DNA from: Sphagnum compactum
Taxonomy: Eukaryota
Direction: 5' to 3'
DNA length: 64,000 nucleotides
NCBI GenBank assembly: GCA_965153455.1
Contig: OZ234493.1
Coordinates: 8,546,213 to 8,610,212 of the forward strand
Position numbers and translations under genes: made by a program. The first letter of the stretch is position 1. The number at the start of each line of letters is the position of its first letter. The notes under the pieces were generated by a model. That model did no database searches and was not told the DNA's origin. It saw only the letters and a list, made by a program, of their open reading frames with translations. Positions 12,756-26,400 of this stretch are shown piece after piece.

Positions 12756-14621
12756 CACTAGTAGAAATCATGTCATTTACAACTAATCATTATGCAACTG
12801 TGTGCTACTAAATGTCGTTTGTAATTACATTGATTGTGTGTGCAAGTACAAAATTGGTATTATATAATTTTTGAGCCATACGGTTGTGTGTGCAACTAAA
12901 TGCAATTAGTAATGTACAAAATGGACCCGTGTTATAAAAATCATGACTTAACACATATTTACGTTAATACATTAAATATATCTACCTAAGCTATGTATAA
13001 TAGTTTTATAGTTGTAGTATTAAGGTTAAACCCATCTTAATTAATGTTATCCAAAGCAAAACATTGACTAAACCTAGACTAAACTCACATCAATCAAAGT
13101 TAAACTAACTATAACAAAATTAACTTTGACTAAACTAACCATGGTAATACTAACTATGAGGTTAAACTAACCATAGCAAAACAAATTATGAGATTGAACT
13201 AATTTTATCTAAACTAACTATAAAATTAAACTAACTTTGGCTACACTAACCATGACAAACTAATTATGAAGCTAAATTCAATTTGACTAAATTAATCATA
13301 ATTAAACTAACTTTGAATAAACTAACCATGTTTAAATTAACTTTGGTTAAACTAGCCATGTTTAGTTGACCCAAAATTAATTTAACCATGGTTAATTTAA
13401 TCAAAGTTAGTTTGGGATATATAATTAATCATTATAGTTAATCATATATAATTTTTTTAAATATTATTTTTATTATCATTATTATCATCCTTAGTTATTG
13501 ATATTTTAAAATTTTCTCAATAAGTTTAATTTAATTTTAATTATGACATTGATTGTGGTAATATATTTATGGCTAATAAGCTACATTAATTTGCATATAA
13601 GTACCCTAATCTAGGCTAATTATTAATTTAAATTAGTTATTAATTTAAATAATAATAATATATCATTGGTCATTAATTATTATAGGTGATCGTAACTATT
13701 CAAATGTTATCACAATTATAATTAGTAATGTTAATATTTATTAACCAATTAATAATATTATCATTATATTATATTGATATCTATTAATTTTATTACCTAT
13801 TAAGTTTTATTACTTATAATATAATTAATTTAGCTAGTAAGTCAACTAAGTTAATATGGCATTGGTAGCATGTAGTATTTGCATGTAAGTTGCAACTACA
13901 TTGGTTGCACTTGGAATTGAATTTTTTATACCATATTTTTTGCCCTAAATTCCAAATGTGCACATTATATAAATAAATGCGTTTGTTTTGTTCACAAACC
14001 AAATACCATTTATGCCATTTGGGATAGGCCAATGAAAGAGGTTCAACCCTAAAAACTAAACCCAAACACAAAATAAGATGATTTTAAACCTACCAACTTA
14101 TTCTAACCTTGCAATCCTACATACCTACAGCCTACCTAGTATGGCCTACCGTCCTACCTAGTTCTTTACACACCTCCCTACCTACCTACAACCTATTACC
14201 TACCTACTTAATTTTATTAAAAAAATCAATAAGCTTTTTAAAATTGCCATGTGTCACCACATAATTGGCCTTCACAAATGGACATTTGTCAAAATCTAAT
14301 TCACATTTTATTGGTGGTTGGAATATTATTTATTTATTGATAATGATGAATATTGAAATAATGTTTAAATGCCACATGTCACCATATAATTGACCTTCAC
14401 AAATGAACACATGTCACTATGTACAACCTTTGTAAAATAATATAAATGTAAAAAGTATAAATTCATACCATATATATTGTCCACAAACATGTTATTGTAT
14501 GTAACTACTATTCATGTGTAATTTGTTTTATGCAACTATGGGGTTTGGAAGTTGCATGTGTCACATGTAACTGAAAATTAATTGCATATGATAGTTGCAA
14601 AATGACAATTTTCTTCTCATG
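12756..14621. mobile_element. Non-autonomous CACTA-like DNA transposon (degenerate)
   Basis: Left end CACTAGTAGAAATCATGTCATTTACAACTA. Degenerate inverted end tagttgcaaaatgacaattttcttctcatg near 14592-14621. The AT-rich interior has (aaactaac)n and (tacc)n tracts, and 13990-14050 matches 52499-52540 in inverted orientation. No TSD found. Confidence 0.55.
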
Positions 14622-15639
14622 GATCTATTTGTAAATTTTAAAAGAATATTATGAGGAAATGGGAAAAAATAATCAATTTATTTTTCTACAAAAAATTTAA
14701 AAAATCTTACACTCTCAAAATGTAAACAATTATGGGTAATTATATAAAAAAGATGAAAACATTTACAAATAAAGGGTATGGTTTAAAGTTTAAGGTTGAA
14801 GGTTTTAAAACAAATTCAAAATCTCATTCACTAATTTCTCCTCTTATCATGATGCAAAAAAATGGAGTGTAAAATGTATGTTGTATGCAAAAAGGTTGTA
14901 TGTTTTATGTGTAATAAAAAACTTCAAAACTTTTACACACAAATATAAACAAACATTTATAAAAATAATTAAACTAATAATTACAATATAAATTTTCCAA
15001 ACAAAAACACAAAACAAACAAAACAAAATGCATAATCACAAACTTTAATCCCATGATTTGGCAATAGAAATCGTTTGAAATTCATTATTCATAGGTTCGT
15101 ACTTTTTCACACAAATGTCACATGTTTAAAACACATATGAAACACATAAATAGGATGAAAGATTATGTGGCCTTATCATTAAATAGGGTTTGACCTTTTC
15201 ATGAAACAATGAAAAAAGTTTTAAATCTTGACTCCGATCCATCTATGATTGATTTTGTAATCATACCAAACATTATATGACTAAAAGCCCTTAGTTGTAA
15301 CAAAGAAATAACAAAAGATAAGAAGTTATTTAATGTTTGACGTGACATTTTACCTACCTAACTTGACTTGCATAACCTATGTAAATTACTTATTTAACTA
15401 CCTTAGTTTAGCTTACTTACTCTAACCCTTTAGGAATGCACATAGGTTGTAAGTATTACAAATTTAACCTTCACCTTCACAATGATAAACCAAGTCCTTA
15501 TCAATGGATTCCAACATCAAAAGGTTTTCAATTTTGGTTAAGTTTTTTATTTCATATATTTATTTCATATCACTGCAAGATTATGAAGTAGGAGCAAGTT
15601 GTAATATGATATGTAGGAGGTAGGTAGGTAATAGGAGAT

Positions 15640-15990
15640 AGGAAATAAAATGGAGGTAGGTAAGTAAGTAGGTTGACAAAATAAGTAGGTGGGTGGGTGG
15701 CTAGTTAAGTAGGTAAGTAGGCGGGTCATGTGTGGGTGGGTTGGCATTTAAGTGGTGGGTAAGTAGGTAGGTAGGTGGGCGGGTGTGTGGGTCATGGGTA
15801 GGCAAGTGGGTGGGTAATTAGGTGGGTAGGTAGGTAGGTAAATGGGGTAATAAGTAGGTACATGGGTGGGTGGGTGGTAGGTAGTTAGGCGGGTGGGTAG
15901 GTAAATAAGTAGGTAGGTAGGTGGTTTGGTGGGTAAAAACGTAGGTAGGTTGATATATGGGTGGGTGGGTAGGTAAATAGGTAGGTACAT
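15640..15990. repeat. Degenerate (TAGG/TGGG)n low-complexity tract
   Basis: Runs of gtaggtaggt and gggtgggt that resume right of the hAT insertion (21259 onward). This tract is the source of spurious PTYL-rich ORFs. Confidence 0.85.
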
Positions 15991-17094
15991 AACAAAGTGC
16001 GGTAGGTATTTGTTTTTTTTACCGGGTATTTATAAAGTATCAAATTTGGTATGTGCATATATACCCATTGAATCTTACTCTTTCAAAAACCCGGACCCCC
16101 TTCTACTTGACATTTTCTAGAAATTAACACTTGCCCCTTGTCATAATCAATGATTTAAAAAATTTAAGTACCCATAACTAGACCTTATTTGAGGAGACTA
16201 CGAGTACAAGGTGTATTTGAAAAACCTGGATCCATATCCTTTTCATACTCGAAGGAGGTTACAGTTAAGGTTAGGGTTAGGGTAGCTGATTCTTGATTGT
16301 GTGTTGTTTGTGTGATGAGTCCTTCTAATTTGCATCATTTCATGATGTTTCGATTTCTCCACAGCTACCATTTTTTGTCTTTTGATGCTTGCACCGTTCA
16401 CATCGCACCCCCAACTTACACATTTATGTTCATGAATATGCCTAGGAGCTTCTAGAGGCGAATCAAGAGCATGGAGTAGCACCCACACTTAAGTGTCAAT
16501 GAGCTCAACAAAGGTAAATTCTTTCTACTTTTTTTTTTGTTGTGGTTTCTGTTATTTTATTGATGGTTTCGCCTTGTGGTGTTTGATGAATTCTCACATT
16601 TGCACACGCGTTATTATTGCTATCATTTTGATTTTATTGTCTAGTCTCATATTATCATCTTTTTCTTTCGTCGATTGTGTTGTTGAGTGTGTTTTCATCT
16701 GTTTTTTTGTGCCATCACATTATTTCGTTACCTTAAGTTAGAACCATCATGGTTGAAGTGTGAAATTACATGGGTGGCATATTCGACTTTGATTTTTCAC
16801 ATTCGCATGCATGTTATTATTGTTGTCCGATATTGTATTATCATCTCCGTCTTCTAATCGTGTTGTCTAGCGTGCTATCATCATCCCTTTCTTTGTACCA
16901 TCACTTGTTGCCTAAGCCTTAAGCTAAAATCATCATGGTTGAGGCATGAAGTTGCACATCGAGTGGCATCTTCGACTTTGTTGTCATCGTGGAGCTGCAA
17001 TCCCTTTCCATATCCTTTGAACCTTAAACCTATATCCTATCCCATTCTTATTGTCATCTTACTTTTGTTACTATAGTGTTAGGTTTTGCTATTT

Positions 17095-19500
17095 TGATGG
17101 CTTTTTCTTCAATGCTTCAGGACATTGGCTCCACTAATGTTGGCAATGTGCAACCTTTGCACGAAACTGGGTATAAGATGGAGATTCTAGATGCTGATGG
17201 TGATGTTGATGGTGTTGATGAATATCATGTTGTTGAAACATACTTGGAAACCTTGTGGAAACAGAGATCGACTAGGAAGCCGGATTATCGCAATTCAATC
17301 ACATGGACATTATTTGAAGTAAATGATAATCAACCTATCAACCTTTTTGAAAACCAGATTATGAGATGCATTATTTGCCACAGTGAAACAACTCCTCCTA
17401 AAATCTTGGCCATGCGCATAAGATATAGGAAGGGCCTCATTGCATACCATAAATCTAATGGCATAACAACCATGGAAACATGTTGAATATGGCCATTCTA
17501 TTTTGTTGCAAAAATTGTTGGAAAACCCAACAAACCTTGCCCCAAGATCTCAACTTGATTATGAGTTGAATAAAAAGAGGACGCATGTATCTCCTTTTAC
17601 AATTTCTAGTTTTTTTTCTGCCAGTAAATTTAAGAAAAATGATGCAATTCAACTTGCTTGTTTTGGAAGATCTCATGTTGTTTGTGATTAAAAGGTTGAT
17701 GCCTATGAGAACTATCAAATTGATTTGGCTCCAAAGGCTGGTGTATAAGCTATGTTCTTGGCTTCTATTCCCACCCAAGAAAAGTTTTGTTGAAGAACCT
17801 TTGTCAAGTTTGGTTGAATAGATTATGACCACTTATTGGTAACCAATATTTAGCTAATTGTATATTAGCCACCTGCAATTTCGACTTATGGATGTTAAAA
17901 GGAGCAAAAAATGTCTTTGCTATTGTGGTGAATTTTATTTCAAGTGATTAGGAGGCCAAACATGTCACCATTGGGTGGTTTGAAGTTTTAGACACAAGTA
18001 GTGTTGCAATGATTCTTAAATTGTAGGAACTATTGGATTGGTTTTCTTTACCTAAAAAATTCTTGCATTTGTTAAAGATGAAAGGTCCAACTTACAGACA
18101 TGTGCAAATGCTTCGACTTTTATAGTATCATGCAATAATTTGGGCTTGTTGGAGCCATTTGATGGCATTTGTTTCGGGCATGCACTGTCGAAGGTTTGTT
18201 AGTATGTTATTGCAAATGAAAAAATGTTGTTGGTATATCTTCGACATCCATGAAGGTGGCACAATCTTCCTTGCAAAAATGTATTACATGGCCCAAAAAG
18301 TATGGCAAGGGCAGGCAAGCATGGGACAAAACTTGCATTTGGTCAGGGTTGCGGCCTAGAAAGTTGAACACACCTATGAAAACAAGGTGCTAGTTTTTTT
18401 ATTGCTTCTTGATTGTTTTTATGCTTGTGCTTGCTAAGTGCATGATTGTGTTTTTGTTTGTTTCTATTATTGATGATAGATTTGCAAGCCGAGTTTTATT
18501 TTTCCAAGCTGCCTTAACTTTTTAAACCACCATTGCATTATGTTACAACACATAGTCTGCAGCATTACAATCTTGTGTATTGTCTCCAAAAAATGGGTTG
18601 TATGTGAAGTTATGGTGAAATTTGTGTCCCTGATTGTTAGTGGTTGTGTTTTGAACTAGAGTTAGGGACATTGGTTGCTCTTAGATGCCTTACAGTTTGT
18701 TATATCCAGGTGTTAGGATATTCGAGAAGAATTAACATTCCAACCTATTCTTGATAGTTTGGTGGAAGAGGATTTTTTTTCATGAGTTAAAGGAGCTCAA
18801 GGTTCGCATGAAGTGGCAGATTCTGGAGGTTTTTCTACCTTTTATCTCCTTTCTACATGCATATGATAGGAAAAAAAACTATAACATGTTGGTTTTAATG
18901 TTTGATCCAAGGTTTAAGAACATGAGGTTGATTACTATTTTTTTAGGTTGTGAAAATGTTGTTGTTATTCTTGTTGAATATAATCAACAACTCTTGTTGC
19001 CTTTATTGATAGAAATAGCCAACTTGTTGATGCCTACCAATGTTGAAAAAGTTGAAAACTTATAATCTTAAGGCAATGTCAAAGATCTTTTTCAAACCAT
19101 TTCAACAAATGTAAACACTTATAAGGACCTCGTGTCAAAAGAACTTATTGGATTTCATTGGTATCAAGTTGATGTTGAAAACTACAAGTGCCCTTTATCT
19201 TGGTGGCATAAAAAATAAAACAAGTTTCCAACATTTGCTATATTGGCAAGACATATACTTAGCATCCTAGCTAGCCAAATAAAGACATAACGCATTTTTC
19301 CTATTGTTGGCATTTTGAATTCGTGTCAGAGATGTCGTCTTCAAATGGAAAATATGGACAAGTTAATATTTGTCCATAAAAATTGGCCATCTAATTCGTG
19401 GATTGGCTGTTTGAAACACATTGATGTTGCATCTGCATGTGAGGCATAATTGGATTTGATGGCAAAGTTCGAAGTTGAATTTGAAAACTAAGTCGACAAT
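17095..19500 (+). pseudogene. hAT transposase pseudogene (BED-type zinc finger, catalytic core, C-terminal dimerisation domain)
   Basis: Fragments MRCIICH...NGITTM, FDLWM, VKDE, MLVLMFDPRFKNM and LSWWHKK*NKFPTFAILARHILSILASQ. The motif PMKTR/FAS is split by a GT-AG intron at 18387-18479. Many stops and frameshifts. Confidence 0.88.
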
Positions 19501-19699
19501 GAAGATTCCTTGGATTTGCATTCTGTTTCTTAATTCCACTTGTTTCCTATGTGGAAGTGGCTGTCCATGTTCTATGTTAGGTTGAAAAGGATGAATGGAA
19601 GCAGTTGTCAAGTGTTAAGTTTTGGTAGCTTTTCTATGATTCCATTCCATTCTGTGAACAAATTGTAATTGTCTTTGCCTTTTTAGTGGTAATCAAACC

Positions 19700-20300
19700 C
19701 TAAGTCCTAAATGGTTTCTATCATTATTTCTTTTGTCTTTGTGTCTTTAGACCTAAATCTTAAGTGTATTTATGTCTTTAATCCTAAGTCTTAAGTCCTT
19801 TTTGTTTTCAGTCCTACGTGTCTTTATGTCTTATGTCCTTAGTTCGAAGTGTTTTTCTGTGCATTGTCCAAAGTTTTAAGTGTCTTTTGCTAATAGTGTC
19901 TTTTGTTTTCCTATCTTTTGGGATTTGTTGTTTTTTTATCGTAAGTCCATCAAACCAATAGTTTCATTTGTCTTTGTGTCTTCTATCCTAAATCCATTGG
20001 GCCTTATTCCAACACTATCTTTTGTCTTTGTGTCTTATGGGGGTCTTCTGTCCTAAGTCCATTGGGCCTAATACCAACATTTATTTTTGTTTTGTGTCTT
20101 CTGTGGGTCTTTTGTTTTAAGTCCACTGGGCCTTTTACCAACACTCTATTTTATTTTTGTGTCTTTTGAAGGTATTTTGTTTAAAATCCATTGGGCCTTC
20201 TGCCAATAATTTCTTTTGTCTTTGTGTTTTCTAAAGGTCTTATGTTTTATGTCCTAATGTCTTTTATCTTTGTGTTTTTAATGTCCTAGTTATGTTTTCA
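19700..20300. repeat. Degenerate tandem repeats in the hAT 3' region
   Basis: Repeated gtctttgtgtctt...aagtccattgggcct..ccaaca units, about 65 bp each between 19970 and 20230. Confidence 0.7.
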
Positions 20301-21258
20301 ATGTCACTATGTTTTTAGTGCTTTAATCCTGTTATGTTTTTTGTCATTATGTCTTCAGTGCTCATGTTTTCATTATGTTTGTTTTGTGTTTTTATGTCTA
20401 TGGTCTTTATTTTTTCAGTGTGTTTGTGTTTTTAGTTAGTTTCAATGTAATTGTGTGAGTCTAGTACATGTGCTTTTGTTTTTTACTTATCCAAGTTAAA
20501 CTTTGTGTGTGTGAAATTAAAGGCTAAATGAAAAGATGGAATGGAAAGGTTTAGAAAACTTGCCTATGATTTAGAAACATCAATCATGATAGAAATTTAA
20601 CCTTCACACTTTGATTCATTTTTTTTGGGATTTTTTTTGAGGTTAATCAATTGTTGAATTTTAGTTTTTTAATTTCAATGGCAACCATGACAATCCTTTT
20701 TAAGGTTTTGTTTTGCACTCTACCTTTAAAACTTGTAATTGTGTTGCCTTTTGCAACTTGAAAATCAAATTTTGCCATCTATTTTTGGAATTTCTATGGG
20801 GTTAATGAATAGTTGGATTTTAATTGTTTGACTTCAATGGTAACCATGAAAATCCTTTTTGAGATTTTGTTTTGCATTCTAGTTTCAAAACTTGTAGTTG
20901 TGCTACATATTGCAATTTCAAAACAAAATTCTTGTTTTATTGTGGGTTTTAAAAAATTAAAGATTAAATACTCGACTTGTCTTTTAAAAGGGTCTTTTAG
21001 AAACCTTGATAAAAGAATTGAAATGTATTTGTTCGGGTTTCTGTCAAAAACCAAGCCTTATACCTGACTAATCACTACCTCTAACCCTTGTCGTAACTTC
21101 ATAACTACCTTTCTTTGGGTTTCTAAAACTCGGAACCATGTGGATTTTTATATATTTTTAAAAATATAAAAACCAGACCTAGGTGATTCTCTAAAATTTT
21201 ATTTTAAAATGCCCAAATTCGACTATTACTAATAAAAACAAATACCCGCCCCACATTG

Positions 21259-21496
21259 GTACATAGGTAGGTGAGGGGGTAGTGTTGTCCATGTTCATAT
21301 CAAATAACCTTGAAAACTAACATCTCCATCTTGTTATCATTTCATCATTTACTAGTCACATGTCCCCATTAATATATGATTACGATTTTTTTCACAGGAT
21401 TTACAATAATAATTTATGACTAAAGACATACATATAATCATTTAAAACTTATAGTCATAAATTTTTTGATTGCAAAGGACATCATTTCTTTTAGTG
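21259..21496. mobile_element. Right end of a CACTA-like element into which the hAT inserted
   Basis: Ends ttgcaaaggacatcatttcttttAGTG. Its reverse complement, CACTAAAAGAAATGATGTCCTTTGCAA, matches the 12756 terminus at 22/27 positions. Confidence 0.55.
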
Positions 21497-22566
21497 AATT
21501 ATTATTTTTGGTTAAATGTTATTAAAATTTTTGTGAGTTGCACTACATGATAAAAATCTTTACGTAGCTTTATGCAACACTAATGTGAAAGTTAATGAAA
21601 AGTTTTGCTACCTAATGTTTTTAGTACTTTGCAAAAAAAACTTGAATCAAATGTTGGATTGCCATTCTTGATAACAATCCCAAATTGTTTAAGATTTTTC
21701 CTTGCCCCAGAAAGGACGATGATCAATGTCTTATCTAGACTTATTTCGGATGGTCAACTTATTTTGGATAGGTTTACACGATAATGAATTTAATATAAGA
21801 GGCAAAGAATGATCTTTCACTTTGGCTCCCTCACACGTATTGTCTTGTATTCAAACATTGTTAATAACATACATCATATTGACTAAATATGCATGATTTA
21901 ATTCTCACTTTGATAGCTAGACTAAGTATGCGATTTTATGAGATTTTGTCTTTGTTCCTGGGATACATCATATTGCGTGTAGCATGGTAAACAAGAACTC
22001 AGTACCAATGTAAAACTTAGTTCTTAGATTGCTAACATATATGTCTACACCCATTGATGAATAAATAATTTCATTAACTTTCAACATTCAATTCAAGTAC
22101 ATAATTTCTAAAAGAATTTGACATTTCAAAAAATAACATAATTACCATTGAACTTGAAAATGTATTATATACATTATCCACTTCAAAAGTTATTCACAAG
22201 TAATCAAAACCATGAACACATTAACACATGCATTAATTCATTATGTGATTTCTATTGTCCATATCTCAAAATTGAAATCAAACTACTCAATTTGAAGAAA
22301 CCCAATCCCCAAGATTTGTGGTGCAACAAACTTGAATTTCAAAGATCACCTTCACATGAATGCACCCAATTTCTTTCTTGTCACAATTTACTACCTCATC
22401 TGAGTAGGGAAGAGGGGAGTTTTGGTTAGGTGTTGTGTCTCCTTTCAACAAAGGAAAAGTAAAAAAAGAAAGAAAAAAAAAGATAATAATAAGTTTCTCT
22501 TAAAAAAAGAGAAATGGTAAAAATCCCATGGTAAAAATCTCAAAATCCATTTAAATTATTTCTAAA

Positions 22567-22995
22567 CAAGGCCTTGCCATTTACATTAAAAAGTATAGTA
22601 AGGCAAAAGAAGAATTATGAAAACTCAAATATTTGACCATGCAAAAATACAATCTTAAAAAATCCTCTAAAAGAAACCAAAATCCTCCAAGATATTATAA
22701 CTCTATAACAAATCTCAAGTTTCAACATAAGCCAAAATTATCATCTTTCAAAAATCCTCATATAAAAATAGACCTATTATTATTATTATTATTACCTAGG
22801 GGCCTATAAAAATCCCTTAAGCTACTATACGAGTCTATAATGAATCTAAACACAATATCCTTGTTGCCTACCAAGGCAAGGCCAATAAAGACAATAAGTT
22901 TGAGTTGTCAAGATCTTGATAAATTTGAAGACCTCATTTGGGGTAACTTAGGTAATGGTGTGTTGGCCTTTGGTTAAAAAGCACCCACAAGGTAA
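22567..22995. repeat. Dispersed repeat fragment flanked by about 41-bp direct repeats
   Basis: 22570-22780 is homologous to 54868-55074. The flanks ccatggtaaaaa..tcaaaatc.atttaaattatttctaaa lie at 22526-22566 and 22996-23037. Confidence 0.7.
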
Positions 22996-23137
22996 CCATG
23001 GTAAAAAAACTCAAAATCTATTTAAATTATTTCTAAATATTACAAATTAAGGTGAAGGCACCAACGTGGGTGAAAGTTCACCTGTGGTGGGAAAAGGGCG
23101 AAAACCAGTCCCGCACATCGTAGGTACGGTTTTTCTT

Positions 23138-23166
23138 GCCCCCGCCCCCGCAGCCTTAAACCCTAA
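23138..23166 (+). promoter_or_regulatory. GC-box-like tract plus telo-box (AAACCCTAA) upstream of CCT4
   Basis: gcccccgcccccgc followed by AAACCCTAA at 23158-23166, about 300 bp before the ATG. Telo-boxes are typical of plant translation and proteostasis gene promoters. Confidence 0.5.
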
Positions 23167-23459
23167 AACAGTTTCATCTCTTTCTTTGTCTTTGTTGCGG
23201 GGGGTTTTCTGTTTGCGCGCGAATTCAAGATCGCGCGAGCCCAAGACGGAGAAGCAGGAAATGTAGGTTTGGTTGGTTTATTGGCACGCGCTTCGTTCGC
23301 AGGAACCGACTCCTTCCGGTTTCGGCTTGTGAAAAACAAGTAGTTGATTTGTTCTCAGGAACGGGCTCGTCGAGGTCGTGGCTAGGTTGAGATTTGGGTT
23401 CTGTTTTGAGCGGGAAAGGAGTAAGACGGGGAGCGGGAAGAGAAAGGAAAGTGCAAGCC

Positions 23460-26400
23460 ATGCCAGGTGCGAATGTGATGAAAGCGGGCGGCAACACAGA
23501 GAAGTACGTAGATACAAAGCGAAAGGATGACGTTCGCTATGCCAATATTCTGGCTGCCAAGGGAGTTGCGGACGCTGTACGCACGAGCCTGGGTCCGCGA
23601 GGTATGGACAAGATGTTGTCTACTGCAAATGGCGATGTCATTATCACCAATGATGGCGCCACCATCCTCAACAAGGTCTCCGACTTTCTTTGCCTTCTTC
23701 AAATAATTATCCTCCATACTTTGTGTTTCTTTTCACTCGCTGTCCCGATCTTGTATCGCTTTGTCACAATGTCGGCTGATCCTTGCGCCCCTTCCATAAC
23801 GCTTGTCACCAGATGGACCTGTTTCTCTGTCTCTTTAGGTTTGTCAAGGCTCTTGCCCGACTTTTTGTTTGGGTAAGAAAAGCAGGATTAGGGTTTCCGT
23901 TGGAAGAGGTGCCAACGTTCTTGTTTAATCTTCTTTCCTGCATGTTGCATTCGTTGTGTTCATTTGATTTTAGATGAGTACCTGGCTAGCATGGTCATCG
24001 GCAAGGGGGTGATCCGTGCACTCATTTATGCATGATTTCAGAGAATGTTGGAAGGGATCAATCTTGAGCGTATCAAGGAAGTCCAAGCTGAATTTTGAGG
24101 TGGATGTGGTGCAGATGGAGGTGACTCAGCCTGCTGCCAAGATGTTGGTTGAGCTTTCGAAATCACAAGATATAGTTGCAGGAGATGGGACCACAACAGG
24201 TCAAACACTACACTTTGAATTGCAAGCAACTTACTTGTGCATTTGAAGTTTCTTTTGAGTATCAATGGGCTGTGCTCTTGTTGTGTCATGGGTTGCTGTA
24301 GAAAATGCAGGGCTATTGCAAAGATTAACAGGTTCTAGATATATTTTAATTGTATTTGTTTCACTGGCCTAAAATTGACCATAGTGGCCATACTAGAGTC
24401 ACCAAACAGCTCCATTCTCAAAGAACTGCAGTTTGTGCCAGATGGTGCTTAAGGATTCCCCAGAGCTGTTGGATTTCTGAGTTTGCAAATATAACTGTTA
24501 AAACTCTAGGGCCATTGGTGATTTGACAGTGCTTGTCTAGTGTGAAGTGTACAATAAAAGTTCTAGCATGGTGGCTGAATGTTGAGGAACATTTTGGGGT
24601 GCAGTGGTTGTCTTGGCAGGTGCTTTGCTGAAGCAGTGTCTTAATTTGCTTAGTAAAGGACTGCACCCGACAATTATATCGGAGGCCTTTCACAAGGCTT
24701 CCGAGAAAGCTGTAGAGGTGAGGTTGCACTTGAGAAAGACGTGGTTCATGATCATCCATGCAACTAACAAGATGATCTCAATCCAAAGGTGTCATTGTTA
24801 ATTATTGGTTGTGAACAACCGACATGTCATCTCTCTTCAGTTATTCTGACTGTGGTCATTGTAGGGCTTTGTAAGCAGGAGCAACTTGAATAGGAGTTCG
24901 GTTTTCCTCACCTTGTGCACATTCACAGAGTGATGCCACCTTGTTTGATTTGTTTCTGTTTTTTTGGCTAGATCTGAAATATCCATAACCTCATCACCCT
25001 GTCATCTCTCAATTCTTTTCAGATTGACTTAAATGCTAATTATGGGGAATTTTTTTTTGGTACTTATGAAGTTAATATCTCAGGTGATGCTGCTTTTGAT
25101 ATCCAGGTGCTGACAGCCATGGCCATACCAGTGGAGCTTTCTGACCGTGAGGCACTAGTGAAAAGTGCCAGCACTTCCCTGAACAGTAAGGTATAAAAGT
25201 TGTGTCATTTTAACATTGTACTGTGATCTTCTGTGTGGGCATCTCTGGCCTTGGGGCTTAGATGCTTGTTTTTATAGGGTCAACATGCAATGAAGTTTGC
25301 CCTCAGAAACTTCTTGCAGCTTGAATGAGGACACTGCCGACTTTGTCGATTACCTAGCTTGCTTGAGTGTGAGCTCACACATGACCGAGTCTTCCTGTTG
25401 CTTCTGGAAATGAGAAAGAAACTCACTATGCTAGTTTTTGCCTAAAATTTTGAGCAGATTGTTATGTTCTCATCTGCACCCACTTTGGGAAGCTGATGAA
25501 TGCAGTGGGTAGTAATTGCACCTAGTCACTGCCCTACATCATGAAGGTGATGGTCTGCAGCTTTGTGGGTGATGCTCGCAATGTCACCCACAAGGTTATG
25601 ACCTCACTCATTCTCGTTCTTCTTGTTGGGGTTTGGCAAACCTGACAATGGGTGTTATAGTGGAGGTTTCTGCAATGCCACAGATATATGGCCCTCTTCA
25701 ATATGTATTGCACTCATGCAGGTTGTATTAGTGTGCACTTGGAGGAGTCTTAGATTTTATTATCTATGCATCTGACTTGCTCCCAACGTTATGTTGAATT
25801 CTTGCAGGTTGTAAGCCAATATTCATCATTGCTAGCACCAATGGCTGTTGATGCAGTATTGAATGTGATAGACCCTGGTCGACCTAATTCTGTTGACCTG
25901 AAAGACATAAAAGTTCTAAAGAAGCTTGGTGGCACGGTATGTGTATGTAGTCTTTGAAAGTGCTACTTGTTGTGGTGTGCCTCTTATCTACCTACCTATC
26001 ACAAAGTACTTAATGGTGAATGTGGCATGTTGAGCCTTTGTTCAATTTAAAGCTTAAACTTTGAGGAGGACTTGTTTATTTCCTGGGATAAATTCCTCCT
26101 ATTTATTTATTGATATATTTCTGGTTTTTCCTGATGCAGGTTGATGACACAGAGATGATCAATGGTTTGGTGTTTGACAATAAAGCAAGCCATTTGGCTG
26201 GTGGACCCACTCGAGTGGAAAATGCCAAGATTGGTCTAATTCAGTTTCAGATATCGCCTCCCAAAACAGACATTGAACAAAACGTTATTGTTTCCGATTA
26301 TACTCAGGTTTATTATGTTCTACCAATGGGGGATCTGCTCCATGCTGTTCCTTAGGATTTTTCTTTCTCAAATTGTTGAAGGTCGATCTTTCCAGTTGTA

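Larger units (their letters stand above)
15993..21258 (+). mobile_element. hAT-superfamily DNA transposon, about 5.3 kb, decayed
   Basis: TIRs CAAAGTGCGGTAGGTATTTG and, reverse-complemented, CAATGTGGGGCGGGTATTTG (16/20 match). The 8-bp TSD is gtacataa (15985-15992) / gtacatag (21259-21266). It contains a transposase pseudogene. Confidence 0.85.

Noticed and set aside
15565..15990. Pro/Thr/Tyr-rich, extensin-like ORFs
   Set aside because: Translations of the (TACC/CACC)n tract.
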